From Eledone cirrhosa (Eukaryota), in contig OZ024741.1 in NCBI GenBank assembly GCA_964016885.1, positions 152,210,001 through 152,274,000 of the forward strand: a DNA stretch of 64,000 nt, in the 5' to 3' direction. Every line of letters starts with the position of its first letter. Within the stretch, counting starts at the first letter, position 1. Below the pieces are notes generated by a model. It was given only the letters and a program-made list of their open reading frames with translations. It made no database searches and had not been told where the DNA came from. Position numbers and translations under genes: made by a program. Positions 39,572 to 53,419 of this stretch are shown in pieces.

Positions 39572-40132
39572 ATGCAGTATTCTTCTCCCCATGTTTTTCA
39601 TATATACTTACCTAAACTGCGATTATCTGTTTCTCTCTTTCTCTCTTACTGCTCCCCCGTTCTCTCCGTTTCTCTTACCTTCTTTCGTCCCTTCTGTCAG
39701 TTAACACTTTCTCTCGACTGACCTCTTCCTCGCACTTCCACTCACCCACTCTCTGTTTCTCCCCTTCTCACTTCCTCCCGTTCGCTAGTAGTGGGGTTCC
39801 TTCTTTCTCACACCGCATTCACGGCGTACGGTCTGCTTCTCTGACCGCTCATGAAATTCACCCAGATTATGCTGATCGGATAACTATCATGATTGCTTGC
39901 TGTTTTCCCAACCTTCGGTTTGCTTTTCCTTCTGTTGTTTACTTGTCTCACTCGCTTTACGCGTTTCACTTGTCCCAATAGCTTATTTTAGTTATTGCTC
40001 GCACCAACCTGAGGTATCTGATTTTTAATGCGATGAAATACCAATGATGGTTCGCAAATCACTGATGAGGGACTAATTTTATAATATGTAATCCATGTGC
40101 AACAATGCAGTATTCTTCTCCCCATGTTTTTC

Positions 40133-40166
<34 letters not shown>

Positions 40167-40188
40167 CTGTGTAGTTCTTTCTTTACTG

Positions 40189-40231
<43 letters not shown>

Positions 40232-40392
40232 ATTGGTGTGGGGCGCTTAAAGCGTCCGTAAATGGTAAGCCGTTTGAGCACTCTATGCTCTTACAGAGCA
40301 GAGTATGATATCGTTTCTCTGGCGACCAGAGAAACGATTGTAATATGTCTAATAAATTTTATTCGTCGCAACACTGATTCTCCCTTTCTTAT

Positions 40393-40457
<65 letters not shown>

Positions 40458-40519
40458 GTGAGGTTTTTTTTTACAAAATGAAAAATAACCGAGGTGTCCT
40501 ACACGAGTGGAAGTATAAA

Positions 40520-40733
40520 GAAAAAGGGATGAAATCGAAAATGCAACTGAAGTCTTATTTTTTTTTTAAATATATATATTTATTTGGTTCCTTTACCGGT
40601 TTCGCAGTTCTTCTGCTTTTCAAACTCACCTTTTGAAAAGCAGAAGAACTGCGAAACCGGTAAAGGAACCAAATAAATATATATATTTTTAAAAAAAATA
40701 AGACTTCAGTTGCATTTTCGATTTCATCCCTTT

Positions 40734-40740
<7 letters not shown>
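40520..40740. repeat. Short palindrome with variant minimal hammerhead (40629-40666, +)
   Basis: The arms are reverse complements around ~40627. CCTT-TTGAAAA-GCAG(AAGAA)CTGC-GAAACCGGTA-AAGG. Confidence 0.85.
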
Positions 40741-40767
<27 letters not shown>

Positions 40768-40798
40768 TTTTTGTGTTGTTATTTCTGTTTACCTTTTG

Positions 40799-40863
<65 letters not shown>

Positions 40864-41087
40864 GAATAATCGAGAATCGGAATATCAGCCCACGAAATCA
40901 CGATAAACAATATCCGACATGTGTGGCAGAGGGCTCAATAATTTGGATAAATCAGAGCTATAACCATCGTTAAATTACCAACACATAGAGATCATGCCTA
41001 AAATCACCCGTGCAGCCGAAAAAGAACGACCAGGAAGATTCGGGTCACTCAAATAAAATATCAATAAATTAATAAATTAAATGAATG

Positions 41088-41171
<84 letters not shown>

Positions 41172-41172
<1 letters not shown>

Positions 41173-41460
41173 TAGCTGAATTACCCGGCGTTGCCAGGGT
41201 TACTGCTGTTCTTATTCAGATTAGTAAACAATCAATATGAAGATGTTTTTTTTTTCTCATAATTATTTCAAAATATCTATATTTTATCTTTTAAATATCA
41301 AAATTGTAATGATAATAGAATTTAGAAATGAAAATCTGTCAATCTTGAAGCACCTTAGGATAAACAATATTCATTGTGCAATTTTTTTTTAGTATCCAAA
41401 TGAATAAATTGTTGCTACACACTCACACACATACATATACTAAAACAGACACACACAGAC
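41172..41460 (-). mobile_element. Helitron 3' end fragment
   Basis: CTAG plus hairpin (ACCCGGCGTTGCCAGGGT) at an A|T site next to (TA)n. Confidence 0.6.
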
Positions 41461-42134
41461 ATACATTCACGCAGGCCGTAAAGGGCCGTAACTCCATTCT
41501 GCAAAGCATGGCGTCCGACCCTCTACCGATACTGCCAATCCACCACGATTGATAATAATAATAATAATATTAAGGTTTCTCTAGCAATCTAATTGAAGCG
41601 TATTAATTGGCCTCAGATCAGTCCCTGATCTCAGAGGGTCAATATATCGCGCAAGATTCTGGTAGTAGAAATTTGGGTACTGCCTATAAAGTCGGGAACC
41701 CCAAGGTTTTTTAATGAAAGACGTAAGGTATTAGGGACTGTGCCTAGCGCCCCAATAGTGATTATCACGACTTCTGCCTCTACGTGTTGCTCACATTACG
41801 AAAACATTAAAGACGTCACATGACCGTACAATGTGAGTGTTTTCGTAAAAAGAATGTTTAATAAACACAACAAACATAAAAGTTCAAACAAAACAAAATT
41901 CCCCAATAGTGGCTAAACCTCCGAAGGTCACTCGTGGAGAAAGGCCACAAACCGCCACTTAGTCTTGGGAGCGTCGTGGGGCAAGACTTCTCAAGCACGC
42001 CTTCCAGTGGGTCGTGTCAGAAGCAACTGGATGTACCGTAGTGATTCAAATGTTTTAAAGAAATGTTATTTTGATAGTGGGTTGTAGCGTTATTTACTGT
42101 CATTTTGAAAGCATTCAATTAATGAACAAACGTT

Positions 42135-42315
42135 GGATTGGCAGTATCGGTAGGGGGTCGGACGCCATGCTTTCCAGCATAGTTACGTCCCTTTACGATC
42201 TGAGTTCAAATCCCGCCGAGGTTGACTTTGCCTTTCATCCTTACGGGGTCGATAAAATAAAAGTACCAGTAATGCACTGGGTAATTGCTGGCCTTGTGCC
42301 TAAAGTAGAAACAGT
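42135..42315 (+). mobile_element. tRNA-derived SINE
   Basis: Full A/B-box head and family body. Confidence 0.85.
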
Positions 42316-42799
42316 TATTTCGTTACTGGATCTATAGTTGTTGAGAAGCTACTAAAGAAACAATATTTCAGTACCGTTATATACTGTGACTATATACTTG
42401 TATACAGTTAGTCACTGTTACTGTAAAAGTAGAGTGAAACGGTAGATACATATATAGGTGTATATACGTATGTATATACATATGAGATGCCTGTAAGTTG
42501 TCCACGCAGGACTGTAAGAACACATATCTCATACACAGAGAGTTTTGTGATTTTCGTGATACCCCGATCTGACCAGACTCACTTCTCAAGCTTCCCGAGG
42601 GCAAGACTCGCTTTCGCAATCCTGTGATCTATGTCAATATCGAGAGTATCATCTCTAATAAGTGTACTTCTGAGATATACAAAGCTGTCCACCACCTCGA
42701 TTCTTTTTCCTCTCACGAAAATGTCTGGCTCCACCTACACTTCCCCAACCGGTGGACTATACGTGACCTTTGTCTTTTTTATGCTAATATTCAGCCCAA

Positions 42800-43600
42800 A
42801 CACAGTGCATGCATTGGATTAAGGTTTCATCAGCATTGTACCCGATACATCCTGAACACCAAGTGGTCCTCTTACACACCGGATGCTGCTGTACTTGAGA
42901 AAGCGGGCAGCACCAGTATTGAGAGGAGGATTATTATGAACCAGATGCATTGAACTGGCCATGTGGTCAGGATGGAAGATGGAAGGCTGCTTAAATACTT
43001 ATTTTATGGGAAGATGACCAGAGAAAAAAGGCCACAGCATAAATCAAAGATGCTGTTTAGGGATGTCATAAAAGACAATTTTAAAGCTCTGAAGATCGAT
43101 GTGGAGAACTGGAAAATTTTGGCTGAAAGCCATACATCATGGAGAATGATCATCAAAACATGGATGTGATGTCTTTGAGAAAAAGCGAGTGGGACATGCT
43201 GCTTTAAAGCGTTCACTCTGTAAGCTGGACCCGAGTGCAGTGCCTGAAAAAATCCAGTGAAAATTGAGGTGCAATGTATATGGCCGATATCTTCTATCAA
43301 GAGCTGGATTTGTCCACCATCTGAAGTCACACGAGCCAGGAAGAAATCGAACCACATGTGAAATGGATCTACCGCCACTTATTCCAGAGTAGATTTTCCA
43401 TGAATGTGGCTTAATTTGCACGTCACCTGGTAGACTGACCAGTCATGGTAGAATGCATGAAGACACACCCCAGTCAGTATTGCCAAGAGACAGACAGTTC
43501 AAACGGGTCTGAAACGTCACCTGCGTGCACGTGATCGTGCAATGTTCAATGAAGGGATGGCTCTCTTCTAACAAGAAGTAGCAATCAACAACATCTGCAT
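42800..43600 (+). mobile_element. RTE-clade LINE 3' remnant
   Basis: GHVVRMEDGRLLKYLFYG...FRDVIKDNFKALKIDVENW, plus C-terminal C2H2 relics. Confidence 0.8.
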
Positions 43601-44099
43601 ATGAGTTTATGTACATATGTGATTATATATCTATATATGTGTATATAATAATTTTGTGTATTTGTATATATGTGTATATGTTTATGTATGTGTAGGTTTG
43701 TGTGTATGTATATTGTAGACAGAATTCGTCAACATTGCGTGGAAGTCTGTCTAGGAAAAGGATCACTGATATCAAAACCGGGGATGATGGGACTCCTTAG
43801 TCATAATTATGACAACATATCTGTGCGCAGAAACTCAGTAAGCACCGTGGTTGGTACCAGGGCGCGCAGTAAGTTCGCTGGGAGTGAAGGACCAAGAGCT
43901 TGTGGTTACAGCATTCTTATAAGAGACGAAAAGTCTGCTGTGAAACCAAGCGAAAGACCATAAATACCAGTTTGAGACCTGAAGCAAGATATAGTTTACT
44001 CTAAATGGGGGTAGATACAGGTTCTTTAAGTCATGGTAGACAATCTATCTAGTGATGGTGTCCTGATAAAAATACTGGAAAGGAAAACCATTAAACGAT

Positions 44100-46905
44100 A
44101 ATACCTCAAATGAGTGAATATGTCAAATATATTGATTGTATGATAGAAAAAGGTGTAATTGAGACTACAACCTCGGCTGGAAGTCTCTCGTTCGGCAGGT
44201 GTCTCATTACGTAGCAGGGTGGCCGCGATCGTCTTCAAAAGACTACTGAAGTGAAGGAAGTTAAAAGGATAAAAGAGTTCAACGAGATTGTAATTGAGTG
44301 CTATTTGCGAAGTGGGCCAGGAATAAGGAGATACAGAAAAAGAATGGTCACTATCTGGAAAGCGATAGGTGTGTTCCATGCAACTAAAACACAGCTAACT
44401 AGTGTCAGATGTAGAAATAGGGGAGATTGAAAGAATGATTGAGGAAACTCGGGGCAACAGAGAAATTACAGAGAATAGGGGAGGACATCATGAAACAGAG
44501 AATGAAGAACAAAACTAACCACATTCTGTTGAAAGTGTTGTTGAAGGAAATATAGCAGAAAATGTTTATTTTGTCGAAGAAAATACTGCAGCAGACAGAT
44601 GGTGACTGGTAGAAATTAGAAAACGAAATTGGTGAAGAACAACAATCATAAACATTTTGAAGACGAAACTGGAAAATCCAGGTAAACATGAAGTAATTAA
44701 CCTGAGAGTTGCTGATAGAAAGAACACTAGAGGGGAAACGCATCTTGTACAATACAGACAGAAAACGTTAATGATACAATCTTCCTAGTATTTGCTGGGG
44801 TAAATTTTGTAGCTAACTTGCTGGGAATTTAAAAAATGAAAAGGGACTGGCAGGCAACCATGGTGGAAGAGAAAGATTCAGAATAGTGTTACAAAATCGA
44901 GGAAGGATCTAAGCAAATTGGAGGAATGGAACAATGGAAGGTTACAGAACGAATGGAAAAAAGAATGGGAAGGCAATATTGTGTGAAGAATAAGGGAATT
45001 AATGTAGTGGTAGAGGAGTTGAAGTAACGAATAAAAGCAAAGACTGCAAAACTCAAGAAATACGAAGAAAGGAATAACCAATATATATAGAATGGACTCT
45101 TTCAAATCAACCAAAAATAGATTGTTTGAGAAACTGGAAGGAATCTAAAATGATATAAGAAAGCATTGATTTTTTTAATAACATTTAGAGCAAATTTGTT
45201 CAACACAATGATAAAGCAGATTGGATAAAGAAGGCTGGGAAACAGTTAACAGGTGTACAGAAGCAAGAAAACAACAAAATAACAAAAGAGATGGTGAAAT
45301 CCCAGTTGCAAAAGATGCCAAAATGTAAATCAAGTGGGCCAGATCATGTAGACAGACACTGGTTAAAAAAACTTCAGCAACTTACATGAAGTAATAACTA
45401 CACAGTTAGATGAAGTCTTAGGTTCTGGAGAAACACCAGAATGGATGACAAAAGAACACACATGTTTGATACATTTCCCATCAATTGCATGACATCCCTT
45501 GATGTGGAAGCTCCTAACAGGAATATTAGCTGTGAAAATGTATACACACATTAGCCTCCTGCCTGATGAGCAGAAGGGGTGTAAGCATAATAACTGAGGA
45601 ACGAAAGACCAGCTGATGATTGATAAAATAGCACTGAAGAACTGCAAAAAGAAGCTCATCAGTCTATCCTTTGCTTTGATCTACTACAAGAAGGCATATG
45701 ACCTAGTGCCACATTCTTGAATTCTTCACTATTGAATATTTTTAAGGTATCAGACAACATCAAGATTTTTATAGAGAAATCAATGGCTAAGTGGAAAGTA
45801 GAGTTGTCATCAGCTGGAGAAAGTTTAGGTGTAGTGAAGATAACGTGGGGCATCTTTCAAGAAGACAGTTAGTTTATCACCAATTTTGTTTGTTGTTGCA
45901 ATGATACCACTATCAGTTGTGCTTACAAGTGTGCCAATCGGATACAGACGAGGGAAAGATTGGAATAACTTCAAACAACTATTGTTTATGGATGATTTAA
46001 AACTATACAGTCGATATGTAAAAGAGTTACACACCTTAGTCAGAGTAATTTCCGAAGACATTGGCATGGAGTTTAACATTTAAAAGTGTACAATGATAGA
46101 GGTGAAGTGTGGAAAGCTGGTAAGGAGTGATAGAATTGAACTACAAACGGTGAAAGAATCAAGTCACTGGAAACATCGAAGCATATAAATATTTAGGTGC
46201 GCTATAACGCCATAAAAACAATGAAAGAAAATGTCAGAAAAGAGTACTTTCGAAGATTGAAGATGATCCTCAAAACCAGTTTGAATGGTGGAAATACTGT
46301 GCAGGCAATAACTTCCAGAACTGTTTCATTATTAGGGTACAATGCCGGTATAGTAGAATTGACGAAACTAGAGTTGAAGGAAATTGATGAAAAAACTAGG
46401 AAAATGCTCACTATCTATTGAAATATGCACCCGCAAGGTGATGCAGACAGACTGTATAGGAAAAGAAAGGGGGGAGACGGGGGGATTGCTGAGTGTACAA
46501 GATGCTGTCGAAATAAAAGTGGTATGTGCTTCTACATAAAAAATAAAGAAGGAAAGCTTCGATTGGAGGTTATCAGGAAAAGCATAGTTAAGTAAATTTG
46601 AAAAACATAGACAAGAAAGATGTCCACGCTGAATGCAGAAAACGTGGGGAGACAATTGCTCATATTGTTTCAGTTAGCCCAGATTGCAAAAAAGGCGGAC
46701 ATGATAAGGTGGCTACTATGATAGTCTGGGGCTTGTAATAAAGTATGAATTTCCGGGTGTTGAAAAAAGTTATGAGCATGGTGACACAAATGAGATGAGA
46801 GTGCTAGAGAACGATCAGATGAAGCTCTTATGGGACTTCCCAATTCAGACCGAGGTGAAGATGGAGCACAACAAACCAGATATTGTCGTAATTGAATAGA
46901 GAACC
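44100..46905 (+). mobile_element. Decayed R4/Dong-clade non-LTR retrotransposon
   Basis: Fragments SGPD...WLKK, LFMDDLKLYS, DIGMEFN, EYFRRLKMILKTSLNGGN, EIDEKTRKMLT, HP..D.DRLY..RKGG, LLWDFPIQT...HNKPDIV, with many stops and frameshifts. Confidence 0.85.
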
Positions 46906-48879
46906 TGTACCCTAAAGTTGTACTCTCGGGTCTCATATAATCGTCGAACCCCCACCCCACTTATTAAGTTTTCAAATTTGTCCAAACCCCCGCTCTCATT
47001 CAACCCCCACCCCCGCTCTTATTCCACCTCACCACCCGCTTATTAAATTTTGCTAATTTATTTCCGGCGAAATTATATTTTAACTGGTAGCATTCCAGCG
47101 ATAATTAATTTTATTTATACATTAAAAAACATTATACATGACAAAAAAAGTACATTACTAGAAATCTCATACGTTATAAATTAAATCGGATGGGTTTGGG
47201 TTTCAATATGAACACTAAACGACTAATACATTTTTTTTTCTTTTTAAATCAACAGAAACACCCGAGGAAATTTAACGATTTTACAACCCACCAGCCGAAA
47301 CTCCTTACAACATAATTATGCCTGCACCTCTATATGTAGCGATAGTGTTTATTTTGGGGGTTGTAGCTCGTGAAGAGTTGATTATAGTAGTAATGTTGTT
47401 GGCTTGATGGGTGATTATGTATAAGGTAGGCCTGTCCCATATAAAGCACTGTGTGAAATGCCGTTGAATGAACAAATAAAACATGCCCACTACTTAAATA
47501 TATTTATTAATTAAATAGCCTGCCATGAGGCTGTTGTTGACAATGTAAGAAAACAAGGCTTAAGTTGTGGTGTATGTAATGATTCAAAAGTTGGTATTTT
47601 TCGTACTTCTGTAATGCAATGGAGTTCGTTAGCCTGGCAACGAGAGAGGGAGAGAGAGAGAGAGGGGGGAGGAGAGAATTCGAAGTTTGAAAGCCACGAT
47701 AATGCGGGTTGGACGGAATTATTCCAGTGTCCGTCCAGCATGGTATAGCAAGCCACATCGAACACTGGAATAGTTCCTTTATTTTCCTCGGAAGAAGAGA
47801 TATTAATCTCGCTATATCAGGACATATGAATAAATTAAGATAAAAAACAACCTCCGTTTCTTACAATTTAATTATTTTCCAATCCGCATTGTTGTGGCTT
47901 TCCAACTACCATATACACTGCTTCAAGTAAACTACAAATTCCTTCATATATATATATTTATATACACACACACAGAGTTCTTGTCTGATGACACTGTGAG
48001 CAAGCAGGTGAAACTCCAGTGCTATGAATGTGTTCCGTGATCATGTCACATCTTAACTGCTTGGCATCAACTCTGAAAATGAATCTGGAAGCCGGCCATT
48101 TAACACTGTCGCTCTTTCTGTCTCCGGAACACAAGAATAAGTAGATGGCCGTTTGCTATGTCAACATCTCAAATATATTGGCGACTAAAAACTGATTCAT
48201 AACGGAAACTGATCTCTTAGACCACCGAAGGTCGTCTTAATGGTGGCCACTTGATAGTGTGAAAGAAACTCTATTGAGGAGAACATCAAATTATTGCTAC
48301 ATATACACACACGTATCGAAATAATTGGTACAATATTCATTGCACTATTACAATCAAATCTGGGAAAACAAATGGCTTGAGAGATTTATTTGGTATGGAG
48401 CATCAACGTGATCGTTCGACTTGGTAGAAATAGCAGTCAAATTTTGGTAATGGTAGAGGTGGTGATGACGATGTCGGCTTCCTCAACTGAACGTCCAGCT
48501 CGTGCATTAAAAAGTTATTTCAAAACTGAATCAACGTGACTCAATATGTAACAAGGCCTTTGAATTACCGATATAAACCATCAGACAGGCTACCCCACAG
48601 TGGCCATCTACCCAATTTCACTCACAAAGCTACAGTAAAGACACTTGCACAAGATGCCACGCCGTAGGATCGAAACTAAGACCTTATGATTGCAATGAGA
48701 ACTTCTTAACCACTCAACCAAGCTTGAGCCAACACATACAGCGAACAGAAGTAGGGTGCTTCTCCTGCCAGTGCGATTTTGTACACACACACACTTCGGT
48801 GACGTCACTACACAATCTGTTTAAATACACACACTTTAGTGACATCACACTACTCTCAACAATTCACTGACCCTCTACA

Positions 48880-49195
48880 TCCCTTTACGATTTGAGTTCA
48901 AATCCCGCCGAGGTTGACTTTGCCTTTCATCCTTACAGGGTCGATAAAATAAAGTACCAGTAATGCACTGAGTAATCGCTGGCCTTGTGCCTAAAGTAGA
49001 AACAATTATCGGTGAATTGGCAGTATCGGTAGAGGGTCGGACATGCTTTCCAGCATAGTTACGTCCCTTTACGATCTGAGTTCAAATCCCGCCGAGGTTA
49101 ACTTTGCCTTTCCTCCATACAGAGGTCGATAAAATAAAGTACCAGTAATGTACTGGATAATTGCTGGCTTTGTGCCAAAAGTAGAAACAATTATT
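48880..49195 (+). mobile_element. Two tandem tRNA-derived SINE copies in the DBNL upstream region
   Basis: The family body occurs twice (48880-49005 and 49015-49192). Confidence 0.85.
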
Positions 49196-49463
49196 TTATT
49201 ATATACATACACTTCAGTGACATTTTACACACACAACACACTCCCTCTAACTTTGATATGTTTATGTACACACAATTCAGTGACATTCTACACACACAAT
49301 AACATTCCCACTAACTTCATGTTCATGTTTATGTATACACACTTAAGTGACGTTTCCCGCACATACCATACACACCCATCTTTTGCAATGTTTTATGTAC
49401 ACACACTTCAATGACGTATCACACAACATACACACTCCCCATGCTTGTGTAGTAGTAGTAAAC

Positions 49464-49546
49464 ATGGCGATAGACTTGTCTACAAACCGGGATTCTTTAT
49501 TAGAAGCTTATAAGGATGTCGCCAACGACAAAACCGACACCAACTG
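49464..49546 (+). CDS. DBNL: First coding exon of drebrin-like protein / Abp1 (ADF-H domain N-terminus)
   Basis: AAACATGG start context; MAIDLSTNRDSLLEAYKDVANDKTDTNW resembles the DBNL/Abp1 N-terminus; phase-2 donor TG|GTTAGT within the Trp codon. Later exons were not recognised in the window. Confidence 0.82.
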
Positions 49547-49686
49547 GTTAGTTTACATCGAACAAATATTATTTTGTTATTTAACTTTCCATTTTGTACA
49601 TTCTTTGTATTTTATGCACTCAAGCTTTTTCTCTATATATTTAGTTTACTACAGACACACGTTATATATATATATATGTATGTATG

Positions 49687-49726
<40 letters not shown>

Positions 49727-50426
49727 ACGGTTGTCTGATACACACACACATCTATAGTGGGGTGTTAAACCGTAGTTCTGCGATGATAGTGTAAGCTATA
49801 AACCTTAGGTTTAGCTATCAAAACCAGGCATCGGCGAGCTGAGTGACTATGCCAGTTTCGGACATCGATCTTATATGGTTGTTAAATGCAAGAAAGAAAG
49901 TATATATATATATATATATATTAGAATGTATGTTTAAAATAAGATCGTATTTAAAGCATTCAAACATTAACTGAATGAGCAATTAATAGTGTAAATTTTA
50001 TTTCCTGAGAAGAAAAGTGGCTATGATTTAAAAGTTTCAGCTTGGTCGCCTCATCTCTCTTTCCCTTCCCGTACGTACCTGGTATAGTGCCGTTGTAGTA
50101 ACTGGTCTTAATAGTTATATGAATGTATATATAGTGTATACATTCAGAGCACCAATTCTAATATATATATATATACATACATATATATATAAATTGTGCA
50201 AACAATGGTAACAACTGACAGTGAAATGAGGAATGGGAAATACACATTGGTCGTAGAGTCATTTAGCTACACATTTCTCGCAGCCTCAGGTTTAGTGTCT
50301 TAAGTCTTTCCGTGTATAATATAAACCAAGTCAAGTACTGACAGTCGCCGTACTTCTACTTTACTCACACTCATATAAATATACTCCTATAAAATGTATT
50401 ATGCCTTTGTCGTGTTATAAACCTAT

Positions 50427-50457
<31 letters not shown>

Positions 50458-50543
50458 AGAAATGAATAAAAAAAAATATGGGTGAAGACAGGAATATATA
50501 TATGCATTTATGAAATGAATAAAAGAAATATGGGCGAGGACAC

Positions 50544-50603
<60 letters not shown>

Positions 50604-50720
50604 GGGCTGCCCAGGAATCATAAACTAAAACCTTGACATTAAACGTTTATACATGCAATGAATCGAGTAAATCCGACGAGTGGTTTTCGATTTATTTCCA
50701 GATCTATTGTCAGGTGTTCC

Positions 50721-50763
<43 letters not shown>

Positions 50764-50824
50764 GTTATTCCGGGTTGAATCGGAGGTAACCACAGTAAGT
50801 AAGGTACTCAATACATTGCAGAGT

Positions 50825-50958
50825 ATAAAAGTTTTAATATAGATGAGATTCTACAGGACTAGAACTGTTTCATTCTTTAGAAATCATCAGGAATCCTGAT
50901 GATTTCTAAAGAATGAAACAGTTCTAGTCCTGTAGAATCTCATCTATATTAAAACTTA
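50825..50958. repeat. Short palindrome built on a canonical type I hammerhead (50847-50895, -)
   Basis: Minus strand: GATTC-CTGATGA-TTTC(TAAA)GAAT-GAAACAG(TTCTAGTC)CTGTA-GAATC. Confidence 0.88.
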
Positions 50959-51658
50959 TATGTATATGTATGTATATATATATATGTATGTGTGTGTATG
51001 TGTGATCCCACTAATAATTACATTCTCTCTCTTTGTGTGTATATATCTATATACTCTCTGCCAGTCGATTTTATAGAATACCTCGTTTCTTTATGCTTAA
51101 GGTTTATTTTATCATTATTTGTTTGTTAATGTGTCCTTTATTATTTTTGTTGATCTCATCCCCACCCTCTTTGCCCCATCTATCGTTTCTGGTTTGGTTA
51201 ATTTTGTTTGTATTTCGCCTTTAGAAATCACTATCTTTTGGCGTAATCGTTAGAGCGTCGGAGCAAATGCCATAACATATTTAGTTACGGATCTTTGCTT
51301 TCTGAGCTTAAATCCTGTTGATGTCAATTTCTTCTTTCATCTTTCCGTGGTCGATAAGATAATGTACCAGTCTTGGATACGATTTGAACGAATTTTCCCT
51401 CTCTTCCCCAAATTGGTGGCCTTGTGCCAATGTTAGAAATAATTATTATTATTAGAAGCATTTGTATTTGATGCGTCAGAGTAATCGAGGTTTTTGTATG
51501 GGGTGCCCGGAATTACCCTAGATGTCTGCTACCTCATTCACCATTACATATTCTACACTTTGCTCTCTATCCCCTCCTACGCTTCTCTATTCTGCCTTCA
51601 GAATTCTTTCTTCCTTAGTCTGGTTTCCTCTTCTTCCATCCTTAGTTTCCGTTGGTGT

Positions 51659-51689
<31 letters not shown>

Positions 51690-52148
51690 TTTTTTCTAAT
51701 TGTGTGTCACATTTCCTTATTGTCTCTGTTATGACCTCTCACGTCTCAGCTGAACAACATTATCAGCCCATCCTTTCTACTCTTCCACTCCAACTGAGGT
51801 CCACTTCATGATCGATATAATCTCATAACACAACCACCACTATAACACACACATAAACCTCAAGAAAAAGAATGTTCTGGTATTGTTAGTGTCTATTGGA
51901 GTGTTATTTCGAATAAAAATAATTAAGATATTTCGCCCGATTCACTTGGCTTCATTTCATTTATCATCACCGGTTTTGCATGGATTAGACGGGTTCTTAC
52001 GTTTCGAGGCTTGACAGGTCTTACTCATACGTTCAATTTTTTTATTTGGTTTCTACGGCTGGATGCCCTTCCTTACGCCAACCGTTTTAAAGCATGTACT
52101 GGGAGCTTTTTTTCGTGGCATCAGCTCTAGGTGCTTTTTATTGTGGCA

Positions 52149-52185
<37 letters not shown>

Positions 52186-53419
52186 CACACACACACATTC
52201 ACACGAGCCTCGAAGGTACTCCAAATCTAATTTTTACTCTCACAATGAATCCGGTGAATCGAATGAGATATTTTCGTTTTTCTTCATTCGAGATCTAATG
52301 TCAACATTGTTAATAGTTGCTTAGACACATGTTGTGTGTCAGATTCAAACCCTGATCATGCAAAAACCTATGATCAAAGACACTTCATCATGTTTACAAG
52401 AATACTCAATTTTAATGTTGGTTGTATTGATGATGATGATGATGATGGTTGTTGTTGATGCGGTCGTGTTCGTGGTATTGATGGCGTTGATGATAGTGGC
52501 CCATTGGTAATGATGGTGATAGGAATGACGGTTAATGATGATGATGTCTACTTCAAATGTGATTCATACCACCACCACAACTACTACTACTATTATTGCT
52601 GCTATACCGCCACCTCTACTACTACTATACCTACAACAACCAGTTTTAGTGACCATCCCTTGTATAGTTTCCTACAATACACATACATATATACACACAC
52701 AATCTACACGACACACACATTAACATATAAAGACATACCCCCCCCCCCCCCCCCCCCTACTACACTCCTCATACTCACACATACTACACCAGATACACAT
52801 ACTACACTAGATACACACACTACACCACTTACATTGGTAATGTATTTCATTAGAAATATTATCCCAAAAGGGCTAATGTGTGGAGACAACATAGTGTAGT
52901 AAGTACTCTTTAGTCATGCAGGGATACAAGCCAACCTCACTAGGGCTGGTGTTATGATGAATTACAGCCAGTACACTTATTGTTATATTTGAGGAGGGTC
53001 ATGTTGTCTTAATATTGCCAGAAAAATATAGTAAAACACACTCACTGTTTGGTTTGGTTTGGTTTTTGCTCAGAGATATGTGTGACGAAAGAACTTTGAG
53101 AAACTATATTTATATTCTTAACTGTTGGTCAATCAATAATAAACATTGATTGCCAGCTAAATTATTTATAGAAATATAAAAATATACTGAAGCAAAAAGC
53201 AAACCAAACAGTAAGTGTGTTTTACTATATTTTTTTGGCAATATTTGGACAATATAACGATATCTGTTGCAACACATGATTTCATATCAAAAACCTTGCA
53301 AAACAAATATATAGCCAGTACACTCTTTGGGTGATTTATGGCAGTAATAGCATTTAGCCAAAGAAACCATGCAACCGGTTGGTTTTGCCCATAAAATATG
53401 TCCAGCAATTCTTTCCTGA

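Noticed and set aside
44160-44235. HDV-like ribozyme at the 5' end of the R4-like element
   Set aside because: There are only partial P1/P3-like pairings; the nested double pseudoknot could not be built by eye.
50603-50722. Tc1/mariner MITE (similar piece at ~52200)
   Set aside because: It is TA-flanked, but no matching inverted terminus was found.
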